Virus record (IMG/VR): IMGVR_UViG_3300045988_096839
Direction: 5' to 3' (one strand)
Origin: a virus
DNA: 64,000 nucleotides
In this document: one piece after another, positions 38,400 through 50,167 of the stretch
Layout of the letters: each line of letters begins with the position of its first letter
How positions within the stretch are numbered: the first letter of the stretch is position 1
Program-made: the position numbers and the translations under genes
Notes under the pieces: model-generated
The model's input: the letters and a program-made list of their open reading frames with translations, nothing else
The model's database searches: none
What the model was told of the DNA's origin: nothing

Positions 38400-38870
38400 T
38401 TATTTTATATCTACAACATCTGATAGGTCCACGTCTAAATATTTTTCAGCCTTAGACTTTATTATTTTTGATAAGATTTTTGATAATAATGCATTTGGAT
38501 GTAATGCTCTAAATGATTCCATTAACGATAATCCTTCAGCAGCACATATTGATCCTGCCGCTATTTTTACTGCCGTTAGGTTTTCATAAGTCAGTAAGAT
38601 ATATTTATCTAATAATAATCCTAACGATATTAATATAAAACAATCTCTTAGTTTATATATAGTTTTCCATAATTTATTAGATTCTAACTTATGTCCATAT
38701 TGTTTGGAAACCTTATAACCATAATACGTATCCGCAAATATAAAGCAGAACGCAGTTATCATTACAGGTACAGCCGGAGTAAAGATAGCAGTAAAACTAG
38801 ATATTAATCCTATTAATGCCTAATAACCGTTATTACCGAATCTTTTTAAAAATAACACAATCTATTCCAT
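38400..38870 (-). CDS. holin (phage_holin_4-like)
   Basis: This is track ORF 38400..38762 extended through 2 TAG to ATG 38868-38870. It has several hydrophobic segments plus AAGSICAAEGLSLMESFRALHPNALLSKIL, which resembles the conserved E..S..EN..P..L end of holin family 4. Confidence 0.55.
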
Positions 38871-38942
38871 TAAGTTCTACATGGATTTATTTGATATAAC
38901 CTGAAAAATATTAATGCTAATATACTGTTATAACGTACACGG

Positions 38943-38978
38943 TATAGTATGTTCCAATATCGATTGCAGCATACTATA
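38943..38978. repeat. 9-bp inverted repeat with 18-nt spacer upstream of the holin gene
   Basis: TATAGTATG (38943-38951) pairs with CATACTATA (38970-38978). The spacer contains ATCGAT. It lies in the 129-nt gap between the fibre gene stop (39000) and the holin ATG (38870). Confidence 0.6.
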
Positions 38979-38999
38979 TGTGTAATAGCTGTTTTAAAA

Positions 39000-39647
39000 T
39001 CACGCAGCAGGTGTTTCCAAAGCTTCTACTCTAGCCGTTAAAGCATCAATCAAAGCTTTCAATTGTTTACCTTGAGCAGCGGATAAAGCTTCAGCAGTAG
39101 AGTCAGAAGTTAAAGTATTATTTACTGTTACTTTAGTATCTGACCAGTTAACATTTACAAAAGCTTTATCATTACTATCCAACTGTACTGCGTAATTCTT
39201 ACCCGATGTAGTATAACCAACTTTTATACCACCCAAAGTATCTGCTGTTGCTTTACTAACTGTTGTACTTGGAGCATTAGACCATTGTGCTTCGCCGTTT
39301 GCTTTCCAAGTCAAAATTTGATTTGCACTACCACCAGTAGGTATATGTTTATTACCAGCACTAGTTGGATGAGAATAGTTATTAGCATTGTTTGCAATAC
39401 CTGCTAATTTCTGTTTTTCAGTAGTAGTGTAATCATTTGTTGACAACTACTTACCACTTACTTTATCTACTTTGTTATTGAGAGAATTCTTAATAGCTGT
39501 CAAATCACCACTCTCATCACTTACTTTTACCCAAGAAGAACCATTAAAATATTTAATAGAACCACCATAATGATTCTCTGTCAAATCAACCCAATATTTA
39601 TATTGTGTTGGATTTGGAGCTGTTTTACTTTCTATAAAATTTACCAT
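39000..39647 (-). CDS. fibre protein (tail or head fibre), 215 aa
   Basis: Track ORFs 39000..39446 and 39447..39647 are in one frame, joined by one TAG. Fibre-type motifs are LSTNDYTTTEKQKLAGI and NYSHPTSAGNKHIPTGGSANQIL, with a C-terminal coiled coil. Confidence 0.65.
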
Positions 39648-39657
39648 ATCAATATTT

Positions 39658-39897
39658 TTATAAACATCCTAAACTAATACCAATTAAATTAGAAATAATA
39701 TCTTTTTTATCACATGTACCTTTCTTCATTAATTTATCCCATATAAATTCTTTACCTATTCCAATAACTACTGTTACAATTATTGCTATCCACAAAGGTA
39801 ATATTAATTGCAATAAAGATACTAATAGATTAGAACAAATAATATGTTTTAATCCATCAAAGCCAAAATAATTAAAAATCTTATTTATCATACTCAT
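39658..39897 (-). CDS. small membrane protein (79 aa)
   Basis: Track ORF with two hydrophobic helices. ATGA overlap with the upstream gene. No TAG. Confidence 0.5.
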   Translation of the reverse strand: MSMINKIFNYFGFDGLKHIICSNLLVSLLQLILPLWIAIIVTVVIGIGKEFIWDKLMKKGTCDKKDIISNLIGISLGCL

Positions 39898-40553
39898 ACT
39901 GTTTCAACATATGTTCCAACTAGTGCACTTAAATCATGCGATAAAGGAATACCACTGTTTCTTGTACATTTATACATTACTTTATTCTGTGTGTAATACT
40001 TACCTTCAAATATCTCCATAGGTGGAGTGTAAGGAATTGGGTCTTCTTGTGTTCCAGCATGTTCTTCATCAACTACTTTCCAAAGACTTGCTGTTTCAAG
40101 ACTTGGTTTCCATAACTCTTGAGTAGTATGATTTTGAACTACTTCCCATAACAGATTATCGTATTGGTATCTTTCTCCTTGTTTTACTTCTATTGAATCA
40201 GCTGACCATTCTGGATAGAATTCTTTAACTTCCAATGCTTCATTATTACTTAAAGCCATTGTATTAATATTAGCTTTAGCTTCAGCAGTAAGAATCTCTA
40301 TAGCTTTAATTTTAGCATAATCTTCATTAGGTTGTACATAATTTTCTCCATGAGTCCATTCTTCACTATTCATTAATTCCGTAAATTCAGGACTATCAAA
40401 TTCATATTTTGTAAGAACATTAAATTCATCAATATTCTTTACGTATTCTTCATGTAGAACAACTTGTGTTCCATCTACTGATTGTCTCATTGTTGGAATA
40501 ATTTCGATTCCATGCGTTTTAGCTTGATTAATTGTGCAAATTACAAATTTCAT
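39894..40553 (-). CDS. protein with a C-terminal CBM5/12-like carbohydrate-binding motif
   Basis: YQYDNLLWEVVQNHTTQELWKPSLETASLWKVV fits the aromatic pattern of chitin-binding type-3 (CBM5/12) modules. Intact 219-codon ORF with no TAG. Confidence 0.5.
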   Translation of the reverse strand: MKFVICTINQAKTHGIEIIPTMRQSVDGTQVVLHEEYVKNIDEFNVLTKYEFDSPEFTELMNSEEWTHGENYVQPNEDYAKIKAIEILTAEAKANINTMALSNNEALEVKEFYPEWSADSIEVKQGERYQYDNLLWEVVQNHTTQELWKPSLETASLWKVVDEEHAGTQEDPIPYTPPMEIFEGKYYTQNKVMYKCTRNSGIPLSHDLSALVGTYVETV

Positions 40554-40574
40554 ATTTCTTTTAATTTAATTGGT

Positions 40575-42527
40575 TTAACTTACTTCTATTTCATCTACTC
40601 CGTCAAGGAGATTGTATTTCTTAATTACTGTTTGTATCTGTTCTTCTGTTAGAGCTTCTTTGAAGCCGAGGAATTTATAAAGAGCCATAATAGAATATTG
40701 ATTTTGTCCTAAACTTCTGCCTATATTTGGCTTTCTAGATTCGGATATATCATTTGTTACTACATGAATTAAATGTTTTTTATTAATTAATTCAGAACAT
40801 TTTAGTTTTGTATTTAATATACCATTTATATAAGTCCCATTAATATTTGAAGCACTATATGCTATACTGGTATTATTATAAATAGCAAAATTTTTATTAA
40901 ATGTTGCACTTCTTTGGTCATATAAAATATTATTTCCCTTTGTAAAATTAGCACAAAGCATAAACATAGTCTTAAACCCACTATTAAAAGCATCAAGACT
41001 TATATAATCATCTACACCATCAAATACTAATGCGCCTGGATATTCAGGAATGAATTCAATAGTAATATCACATTCTCCAATATCTCCTAAAATACCAATA
41101 GAATAGTTATATCCCTCTGGGAAAAGACTACTATCTATTTTATGTGTTCCATTAGATAATGATAAAGTAGCAACATTTGGTGGTCCAATTCTTACAAGAT
41201 TATTTCCGGTAATACCAGAAATTTTTATATTAAAATTATTTATTATATAAATATTAATTAGATTTTTATTTACTTCATCAATAATCTTAGTTATATGTGC
41301 CTTATCGTTTGTAAAACTACCTTCATATCTATCAACTCCTGAATTAGAACTAAAATAACAATTATATCCACCATATCCACTCATGCCGCGCCAAGCAAAG
41401 TTATGAGCAACAGCATCATTACCATTACCGCTATAATCTTTTATAGTATTCCTATTTACATCATCATTACTACCTTTACTGAAATCATAATAACAATCTG
41501 GAGTAGGAATCTCAGACGGAAGAAGATATTCAGGGTCAATATATTTACGGATAAATGCTTTTATCTCTTGTTCGTCTAAGCTTCTGTTGAAGAGATAAGC
41601 GGAGTAAAAAGCACCTTTTAGGTAGCGAGGATCTGTACTATTAAGTGCACCAATAGTTATTCGATTAGTATTATCTGATTTATCTCCTACAATTAAATTT
41701 TGTTGATTATATGAATTTTTGTTTTGCCAAGTTATAGTATTGTTTAGTAAAAGATTTTTATTTTGTCCTTGACCATAATTATAAGTGTTAGAAGTAAATC
41801 CATATCCTTCTAAAATAAATGCGCCATTTGTATTTACCCCTTTTGTAAACAAACATCCACCACTACAATCTTTTCTTTTTACTATAATTGTATAATCTTC
41901 AAGTAATGGAATATTTGTACAAAATCCATAATCATTAACTCCGTCAAATACAAGAGCATCGGGGTAATTAGGAACAACTTCTATAGTAATATTACATTCT
42001 CCTATAAATCCACACATTATACATGATGCATAAGAATTATTTTTAGTCCAATCTACTTCGTACTCTCCATCAGTTGTTATTGTTAATATAGAAATAGAAC
42101 CAGTATCACTTCCTAATATAACAGATTGACCATCTGTTAAACCTTGTACTTTATACTTTTGCTTTTTATTTTTCATAGTAGATTGATTACTATTTGATGT
42201 ATAAAGTATAGCTTTATTAATTATATGACAAGATAATATATTTATTTTATATGGACTTATAATATTGAATGTACCTGAATCACCTTTATTCCATACCGAT
42301 AATTTAGTAGTATATTCTCCATATCCACTACCTGATTCATTAAAAGCAAATCCATTCAAAGTAATATCATGTCCGTTACCAGTCAAATCTTTAAGAGTTG
42401 CTCTATCTTTATCATCATTAGTCTTACCTTTGGCTGACCATGCGGCAATAAGCCCTGGGTAATTTATATTTCCGTCACTCCTTTTTAGAGCATTGGCTAT
42501 CATAAGCCTTCGTCTGTACATACTCAT
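40575..42527 (-). CDS. receptor-binding protein with two tandem LamG / concanavalin-A-like lectin modules
   Basis: There is an internal duplication. GECNITIEVVPNYPDALVFDGVNDYG matches GECDITIEFIPEYPGALVFDGVDDYI, and KDLTGNGHDITLNGFAF matches KDYSGNGNDAVAHNFAW. LVFDGxxDY is the LamG_3 hallmark. 650 codons with no TAG. Confidence 0.6.
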   Translation of the reverse strand: MSMYRRRLMIANALKRSDGNINYPGLIAAWSAKGKTNDDKDRATLKDLTGNGHDITLNGFAFNESGSGYGEYTTKLSVWNKGDSGTFNIISPYKINILSCHIINKAILYTSNSNQSTMKNKKQKYKVQGLTDGQSVILGSDTGSISILTITTDGEYEVDWTKNNSYASCIMCGFIGECNITIEVVPNYPDALVFDGVNDYGFCTNIPLLEDYTIIVKRKDCSGGCLFTKGVNTNGAFILEGYGFTSNTYNYGQGQNKNLLLNNTITWQNKNSYNQQNLIVGDKSDNTNRITIGALNSTDPRYLKGAFYSAYLFNRSLDEQEIKAFIRKYIDPEYLLPSEIPTPDCYYDFSKGSNDDVNRNTIKDYSGNGNDAVAHNFAWRGMSGYGGYNCYFSSNSGVDRYEGSFTNDKAHITKIIDEVNKNLINIYIINNFNIKISGITGNNLVRIGPPNVATLSLSNGTHKIDSSLFPEGYNYSIGILGDIGECDITIEFIPEYPGALVFDGVDDYISLDAFNSGFKTMFMLCANFTKGNNILYDQRSATFNKNFAIYNNTSIAYSASNINGTYINGILNTKLKCSELINKKHLIHVVTNDISESRKPNIGRSLGQNQYSIMALYKFLGFKEALTEEQIQTVIKKYNLLDGVDEIEVS

Positions 42528-42528
42528 A

Positions 42529-42978
42529 TCAAGCCCCTCCCAATACAGCTATATTGTTTATGATAGATACCTGATAAGTCTTGCTTGCTTCAATGGTGTT
42601 GCTACCTATCCACTTTACGCTTTCAGGTAATGTCAAAGTAGTAGGAGTTGTTCCAGAAGTAAACTCAAACATATATTCAGACAATTTATTTTCTTCTCCT
42701 GCTGCTAAAGTCAAAGTGAGTGTTTCCATCTCACCAAAGATGTAATATTTATTTGGTTGTAATTCTTTTGTATTCTCTGATACATTTTCTACAGATACTT
42801 TATTAGCTTTTGAAGATAATTCTGTTTTAGTTGCTAACTATCCTACATCGGGAATATTATTTGCATTTGTGTTAACCCCATCGACTAGTTCATCTATCTT
42901 CTGACTTATCTGATTCATTTCAGTAGCTTGTAATACTTGTTCTGAAATGAAAGTTTTATTTAATTTATTTATTGCCAT
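42529..42978 (-). CDS. fibre-associated protein (149 aa)
   Basis: This is track ORF 42529..42729 extended through one TAG (42838) to ATG 42976-42978. The N-terminus has a fibre-like coiled segment. TGA 42529 abuts the next ATG. Confidence 0.5.
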
Positions 42979-42979
42979 A

Positions 42980-43357
42980 TTATCTTATTTTATCAATGTT
43001 TAGTTTACCTATATCTAATTTTAAATACTATTCGATTGGAGAAGTTTCAAATAATATTGTAACTTTATCTCCTAACTGATTTAATTCAAATGTATCGGGA
43101 TTAATATTATTGTCTGAATTTAGATAAAATTCTCCTAATACACAGTTACCATCTATAGAATACAAATCAAGATGTAATATATAATCATTACTAGTTTTTA
43201 ATAATTTACCTTCTATTCTACCAGATGTATTAATTACAAAACTATATGAATCTTCAGTAAAATCAAATGGTGTAGCCATTTGTATATATGATAATTCAGG
43301 TATAGTTAAGTATGCCTATGGATTTATGAATAAAGGTCTCGTAAATATTGATTTCAT
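42980..43357 (-). CDS. hypothetical protein (125 aa)
   Basis: This is track ORF 43028..43279 extended both ways through TAG 43028 and TAG 43316. It runs from ATG 43355-43357 to TAA 42980-42982. Confidence 0.45.
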
Positions 43358-43372
43358 AATATTTCTTTATTT

Positions 43373-43921
43373 TTAATTTTTCAAAATATATCCAGTACAA
43401 TTAATTTGCCCTACGGTACTACCAAAATTACAATTAACACCATACCCAAAACTAGTTTGATCCCTATTAGTAATTGTAGCTCTCATATTTGTGGTATTAT
43501 ATGAAACACTACAATTGCTTGTTCCGATTACATTCCGCACTGAGAAATTTAGAGTTTGTTCTTTATAATTAATATAATGTATAGACATATAATAATTTAT
43601 ATATAATTCGATAACAACATTCCAATTATTATCAGTTACCTCAACCAAATATTCATCATTTCCAGCATCTGTTACAATAGCATTACTTGCATGAAATACA
43701 GGTTTATAAGTATATGACTAAAAAATTAATTTAAAACTACCAATTACATTTTTTATATAATTCCCTTCTGGTACAAGACGGTTGCTAGCATAATTTTCTA
43801 CACCATTAATTCCTGTACAACCTAGTGCTTCCATTCGTTGTTTAGTACAACATTTATTTGCAACCGGAGTATCTTTTTTACCTACGTCATAAACATCTTG
43901 TTCTGTAGCAATTTTACTCAT
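43373..43921 (-). CDS. hypothetical protein (182 aa)
   Basis: Track ORFs 43373..43648 and 43718..43921 are in one frame, joined by one TAG. Ends in TAA. Confidence 0.5.
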
Positions 43922-46900
43922 TTTTCAAGTCCTCCAATTGTTTTTCAAGTTGTTTAATTCTGTTTTCTAACTAAGCACATTTGAGAATTAATACTGAATC
44001 ATATTTCACAGTTTTATACCCTGTTACTTCGTTAGTTTCAACTAATTCTGGATAATTCTATTCTATTTGCTGAGCTATAACACCATACGATTTTTTACCA
44101 GTATTTTTCCAATTAAATTGTACTAAGTCTATTTGTTTATCAGTAGTAATATCACATACGTTTTCTTTAAGACGTATATCAGATGACTCATAAAAACCAC
44201 CGGACGCAGTAAAACTATTATTTAGCGTCATTTGTCCGTTTATAGAAAAATCAAGCTGACCAGAACTTGTTTTAAGATGTAAACCATAATATCCAGATAA
44301 CCAAACATTTCCACCATTTTCTTCTCCTGCTTGTAGTTTGATACCATACCAAGGTACATCCTCATCGTGAATATCAGTTAATGTGCCCATTTTGCACGTA
44401 CCTTCTGCATCAATTCCTTTACAATTTATTTTTCCGCTGAAAGAAGAATTTCCACTATTGTCAACAGTAAACGCATTACTTCTTGAAGTATGACTAGTAC
44501 CATTACCAACCACAAATAAGTTATTAGTATCCGATGAATAATCATTAAATGAACCTACTACAAATTCCTAATCATTTTTAGCAACGTTACCTCGTCCATT
44601 AGACATGCTCTATAAACCTAATGCAAGATTATTTTTACCAGTTACCATAGATTGTTTTGCAAAAGCAACATGTATTGAATCTTCTTGCTAATTATAAGTA
44701 GATTCGTATAATTGTAATAATGATGTTGCGTTTTGGCTGCCTATAGTTAAAATTATTCCACCACCACCAAATGCTACTGTAGCATTACCATAAGCTGTAC
44801 AATTGTAACCTACTGTAATAGATTGACTATCACATATAGTATTATATAAACCAACACAAATTGAATTATTACTATACGCGTGATTTGCATTATTGTAACT
44901 GCCAACTACTAGAAAACTTCTACCAGAAACATTATTGGATTCGCCAATAATTAAATAAGTAGTGTCTCCAGATGCACCGTCATTAGTAATTTTATTATTG
45001 CCTCTATCAGTAATGATTAATCCTTTAGACGTATTAGTTATCTAATTTGTGGTAGAATTACCAATAGTGATATTATTCCATGATATTAACTTATCAGAAA
45101 CTGTAATACCATATGTCTTAATATAACTAGTAGTTGTTACTCCATCATTGCCTACTGATAAAGCGTTTGCTCTTCCTTTATACCAATCAATACCATAGCC
45201 TATTTGAAATAAATCATCTTCGTTATACAAATTGTATTTTCCAAATACAGTCTATCCGTTACCAGCTATTAGGTTTTCTCCATGAACAAATGAATTATTA
45301 CCTATAGCCTAACATCCGTTACCTCCTACATGAGAATTAGTACCGTAAGCACAATTATTTGTACCTTCGTGATGAGACTAATCACCAATAGCTGTTCCAA
45401 GCTTTGTTACAGGTTCTATTGTTATTTCTGTTGGCGCACTATAATCACCAGATAACTCTATATTATCTACAATATTTGGAGAAGTAGAAAATGATTTATT
45501 ATTATAATTTATTTCCTTTACTTTATATATAGTATTACCGTGTTTAAATAATTCTCCAGCTGATAATATAAATTGAAATTCTGAAGAGTCATTTACATAT
45601 CCAACATACTAACTACTAGAACGATATACTTTTAACTTGCGAGTCTTTGAAAAAAATGGAGCTTCTACTTTTAAATCAACTTGACCTTCTGCGTGTGAAC
45701 ATTCGCCTATCGCTTGTGTTAAATAACCTTCTACATGGGATCTTGATCCACTTGCTCTCGTACTATCACCTTCTGCGTGAGATTTATTACCTAATGCAGA
45801 AGTATTATAATTCTCAGCATGTGAATAGATTCCTGTAGCATAATTGTTATCATAATCATTAAATATTTCTCCTGTTCCGTTAGAATTTGGGTCTACTTCA
45901 CCAACATTACTACTACCAGATATGGTTAAATCTCCTTCACCTAAAATCGACTAACCATTTATGGTCTTAATATTAGTACCACTTACGAGTGTATTTTGTT
46001 TATTATCTAAAGCAATTTGTACCGCATTAGATATTGGTTTATTAATATCTGATGTATTATCAACATTTTCTAAACCTATCTAAGCTTTAGTTACATTATG
46101 TGGATTTAAAGTATTTCCAATATGAGAATCAGTTTTATTTTCCAAAGCTTTACCTCTAGCACCATCAAAGGCAGTACCTGTTATTTCTCCGATAACTGTA
46201 GGAGCTCCTACAACAACAAATTGCGTTCCAGTCCATCTAAATTGATACGCACTGTCACTACCAGTAATATCAACATAAATCTTTCCAGATTCTCCTGTTA
46301 TTGCATTTTGATGTCCCGCATCAGAATATAATTTAATATTAGATAAAGTACCATCTTCTTCTTTAGAATACGTAGCATAACAATCTATTACATCATCTAC
46401 ATACGATGGTAATTGATTAGAAGGTATTAATCCTTGTTCATTCAGCGTGGCTATACCGTTTGCAGTACCTATTTCTGAACGTTTTACTTGAGCGTCATTT
46501 GTTACATTAGAAAGACCTACTTGTTGTTTTGTAACATTATGAGGATTGTTTTTATTATTTATATGCGATGTTAAATTACTTTCTATTTCAGTTATATTCT
46601 AACTTATCTTATTTTTTAAATCAGATAGAATAGATTGTAATGTATCAGTATCCTCATAACCAGTTAAGAAATTTAAAATTTCATTATATTTGTCAATAAA
46701 TTCTGAAGCACTTTCACCAAGTAATGTCTCTAGACTAGCATTAATATTTTCTATCTATTCGTTTATTGTATTTAAACTAGAATTTGTTTCATTCTTGTAT
46801 TCTTCAAAATCTTCTTTATGTTGTAATAAATTATTTTCACATTCTTGTATTTCTATAAGTAGTTCATCTAACTTATGCTTAAAACTAATGATTTCGTCAT

Positions 46901-47051
46901 AAGTACGCTAATCGATTCTTTCCCATTCAACGCCATTATAGCATTTTATTACACAACCGTATCTGTCTTCACTTAAATCAATCCAATATTCTATTTCTTC
47001 TGGTTTTGGAGCGATTGTTGAAGCTAAAAATCTAATTCTACCTATTACCAT
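43914..47051 (-). CDS. long tail fibre (1,045 aa) with Hep_Hag-like repeats and a C-terminal S74 intramolecular-chaperone domain
   Basis: I checked the whole frame triplet by triplet and found about 15 TAG and no TAA/TGA, from ATG 47049-47051 to TAA 43914-43916. Repeats read SHAEG..T.A.G..SH.EG. PISNAVQIALDNKQ-type fibre repeats are present. The C-terminus SDIRLKENV...YGVIAQQIE.NYPELV...KYDSVLILKCA.LENRIKQLE is the S74 auto-cleaving chaperone signature. Confidence 0.7.
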
Positions 47052-47055
47052 ATTA

Positions 47056-47514
47056 TTAACCGTTAAATTCTACTAATTTTGTTTTATTATCCGTAGTATA
47101 AGCATCAACGTGAACCCAAGTTACATCTCGTTCCAATCTTATCGGATATTCAAATTTATCAATATTAGAACGTATAAGATTTCTCACTTCTTCTGCAGAC
47201 ACATCATTAACGGTAAAGTCAATAGCTTTTCCTAGTCCGTGAGCGGTCATGTATATCCTATTAGAATTAGTTTTATCTTTACATAACTAACATATATTAC
47301 ATCTCAATCCTCTTTGTGTTAGATTATTATCATAAGAATTAATAATCATTGGTTTCTTAATTATTTGAGTACGTAATGTATAAATAATGCTCAGTAGTTC
47401 AGTTGAAATGAACTACCAAGCATTATCTCCAAAAGTATTAACACAATGAGGACAAACTAATTCTTTCAACTAAAAATACTTTTTAACTTCTTTAATTAAT
47501 TCGTCTCTTTCCAT
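47056..47514 (-). CDS. endolysin, peptidase M15 (VanY / L-Ala-D-Glu peptidase-like)
   Basis: This is track ORF 47056..47250 extended through 3 TAG to ATG 47512-47514. TAHGLGKAIDF (H..G.A.D) and TWVHVD supply the Zn ligands. The upstream Cys-containing segment is typical of Peptidase_M15_3. Confidence 0.7.
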
Positions 47515-47518
47515 AATA

Positions 47519-47803
47519 TTATTCTTTTATTTCTTCTGCTGTTGGTTTATTTTCATTAACAGTATCTTCAAATGCCTTTTGAACAAATGCTTTAAAACCT
47601 TTTTTAAGAATATCTTTTATTCTTTCAATCTGTTCATCTGTTAATTCAACTTCACCGTTTTTATAAATATCTTGAGCTAAAATTAAATCTTCAAGATTTT
47701 GTGTTTCGCTATAAATAAAATTAGCTACTTGCTTAGAACAATCTAAAGGTAATTTATTACCTTCAAGATCTGTCATCATTAACTGTTTAAAATTTATTTT
47801 CAT
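47519..47803 (-). CDS. hypothetical protein (94 aa)
   Basis: Intact track ORF with no TAG. Ends in TAA. Confidence 0.5.
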   Translation of the reverse strand: MKINFKQLMMTDLEGNKLPLDCSKQVANFIYSETQNLEDLILAQDIYKNGEVELTDEQIERIKDILKKGFKAFVQKAFEDTVNENKPTAEEIKE

Positions 47804-47816
47804 CGTTTCTTAATTT

Positions 47817-49937
47817 TTAACCAAAGTAATTAAAATACCATATTCCTTTTTTACCAGAACCTTGCGTTAATACTTCACTATAAACAAAAAATCCAGCCTC
47901 TCTACCACCAAATTGTACCTATGTAGCAAAATCACCGTCGCTAACTCCTTCATTAATACATATTGTAGTATTTCCTTTTGCTCTGACATATATCACACCG
48001 TGATAATTACCTTTTCTCACAATATACATTTGTCCTTCTTGAGGATTAGTTGGAAGATTTACACCAGTTATTGAATTACTTGTTACGTATACAAAAGTAT
48101 CAGCATCGGTCATATTATAATATCCTTCACTATCTTTTTCACCACTTTGTAAATTATATGTTGTCTTTACGTTAAATCGTAATCCTCGTATAAAACCAGA
48201 TTCTATGTTTATAGCTATATTACCACTATAAGCAACATCGCTATATTTACGTCCTCCATTACAAGATATAAACAATCCAACGTTTTCATCCCAAATAGCT
48301 GAAGAGTTAGATATATTTCTATATATACCTATAGGCATAGACATTCCTAAACTACCTGGTAATACTCCTGAGCCGTCTGCTCCAAAACTAGCACGTATAT
48401 CTCTATTACCTATATTTGATCTAAAATATAAACTGGATGATGATAATCGCATATAATTACCAGATCCATTTGAACCAGAACTTAAACTACCAGATATATT
48501 AAACGCTCCTATATTACCAGAATTAATTGTTACATTAGAAAATGTACCAGATGTTGCATTAACAACTCCTGTTATATTTGCATTCTTTGCAGTCATTGTT
48601 CCATCTGAAGTTACTGTAAAATTGTTACCCACCTATATCTGATTTGTCCATATACCAATATCAGCTATAACTTTATCTACGTCAATCAGATTAGTTTTTA
48701 TTTTACCACCTTCTATCAAAGTAACATCACCATCATCTGATTCTACTATAAGTTTAGCTTTTACTGTTAATAATCCTTTGCCGCCATCTTCAGTAGGATC
48801 ATATTTTACATACGATGTTGATTTATCTTTAGTACCTACATACATTCTACCATACACATTCATATATGCTTGTTGCTATGATTGAGTAGTATCGTAAGCC
48901 ATTTCTATAATTGCTTTTCCGTCGGTACTATAATTATTTATTCCTTGATACATTTGTATTGCAGGAGCATTATCAGCGTAAGTAGTTAAAGATATAATAT
49001 TCTATCTTTTTATATCATTCTTATTACCATACTATATTAATGTATCTCCCTCTACAGGTTGTGTATTTGTACTAGGATCTACATCAGTTTTTGATAAATC
49101 TATATAATCTTCTCCAACGCCTAATACTTTACCCCAATAATATCTATTTTTAGCCCCTTCGTTTACTCCTTCAGCAACATTGAATTGTTGTATTTTAGCT
49201 AAGTCTCCAGCTTGAAAATCAGTTTTAATCTATTCTGTATTACCACCATCTTTTTCATCTTTATTTTTAAAATAACAACGATATACAGATTGATATTCAT
49301 CTTCATATAACTGTGTAGTCTCTTCTACACGAATTATGTTATTACTTGCTGGGGAGATAACTAAATTTCCACCAATAGATGTAATTTTTTTGATTTCTAG
49401 AGTATTAAACATGGCTGCACCTCTAACAGCCAAATCATCCACTTCTATGTAAGATTTACCGCTAGATTTTATTTTACATATAAAACCGCTACCTAAATCA
49501 GTACCTTCAGATGCATTTCTAGATTGAATATTATCGATGTATATAGTTTTCCCTTCATTGAATGTCAAACTTCCTTCAACAACATCATCATTTTTGGATG
49601 ATACCCAATCTTCAATTGTTCTAGCTGCAGAATATACATTTTCATTAGTAGGACTAGTATCGTCGCCTATACCTATCACATATACATTAGATTCACCGCC
49701 TTCACCTGGCTAAAGTCCAATTTCATCATATTGGGCATTTTTCCATTTACCTGTTTTATCATAAACTAGTACGTCGTTTTCGGCAGGATACTATACACTA
49801 ACATCCAATAAACGTGTAAGATATTTTGTGTTTTCAACTTTTGTATCTACACGAGCAATAGAGTCGGCAAGAGTATCCGTTTTTTCAGTAAGTTGCTAAA
49901 CGGTATTTACTAAATCATTATATTCATCTTGTGTCAT
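47817..49937 (-). CDS. tail fibre / spike-like structural protein (706 aa)
   Basis: Track ORFs 47919.., 48633.. and 49230.. are in one frame. The gaps were hand-checked, giving 9 TAG and no TAA/TGA. ATG 49935-49937 overlaps the upstream TGA (ATGA). Ends in TAA 47817. The C-terminal half is rich in Gly/Ser/Asn and beta-strand-like sequence. Confidence 0.6.
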
Positions 49938-50167
49938 TTGTTTATATTTTTTATAAGTTTTTGAACTATATGCTGTTGTTCTTTAGTAAGTGATGCGTAT
50001 TCCATAAACCACTGACAAAATGATGTACAGACATAATTTAAAATCTCTTCTGAATTATAATCAATATTGTATTTTACAATTTTATTTAATTTCTTACCAT
50101 AATTGTATAATTGCTCATCTTTTGTTGTATACACATGTCCCATTTTTGCAAGTATTACATTCAACAT
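49934..50167 (-). CDS. hypothetical protein (77 aa or shorter)
   Basis: Track ORF with no TAG. Its first 53 nt overlap the end of 50115..50639 in another frame. An internal ATG at 50141-50143 would shorten the overlap. Confidence 0.4.
   Translation of the reverse strand: MLNVILAKMGHVYTTKDEQLYNYGKKLNKIVKYNIDYNSEEILNYVCTSFCQWFMEYASLTKEQQHIVQKLIKNINK

Noticed and set aside
39000-49937. A diversity-generating retroelement acting on the fibre or LamG genes.
   Set aside because: There is no reverse transcriptase gene in the window. I saw no near-identical template/variable repeat pair. The two LamG halves are diverged at the nucleotide level, consistent with an old duplication.
49934-50167. The 53-nt overlap between 50115..50639 and 49934..50167 might be a programmed frameshift site.
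   Set aside because: Joining them would need a +1 shift. No slippery run is evident in the overlap. An internal ATG at 50141-50143 gives an ordinary short overlap.
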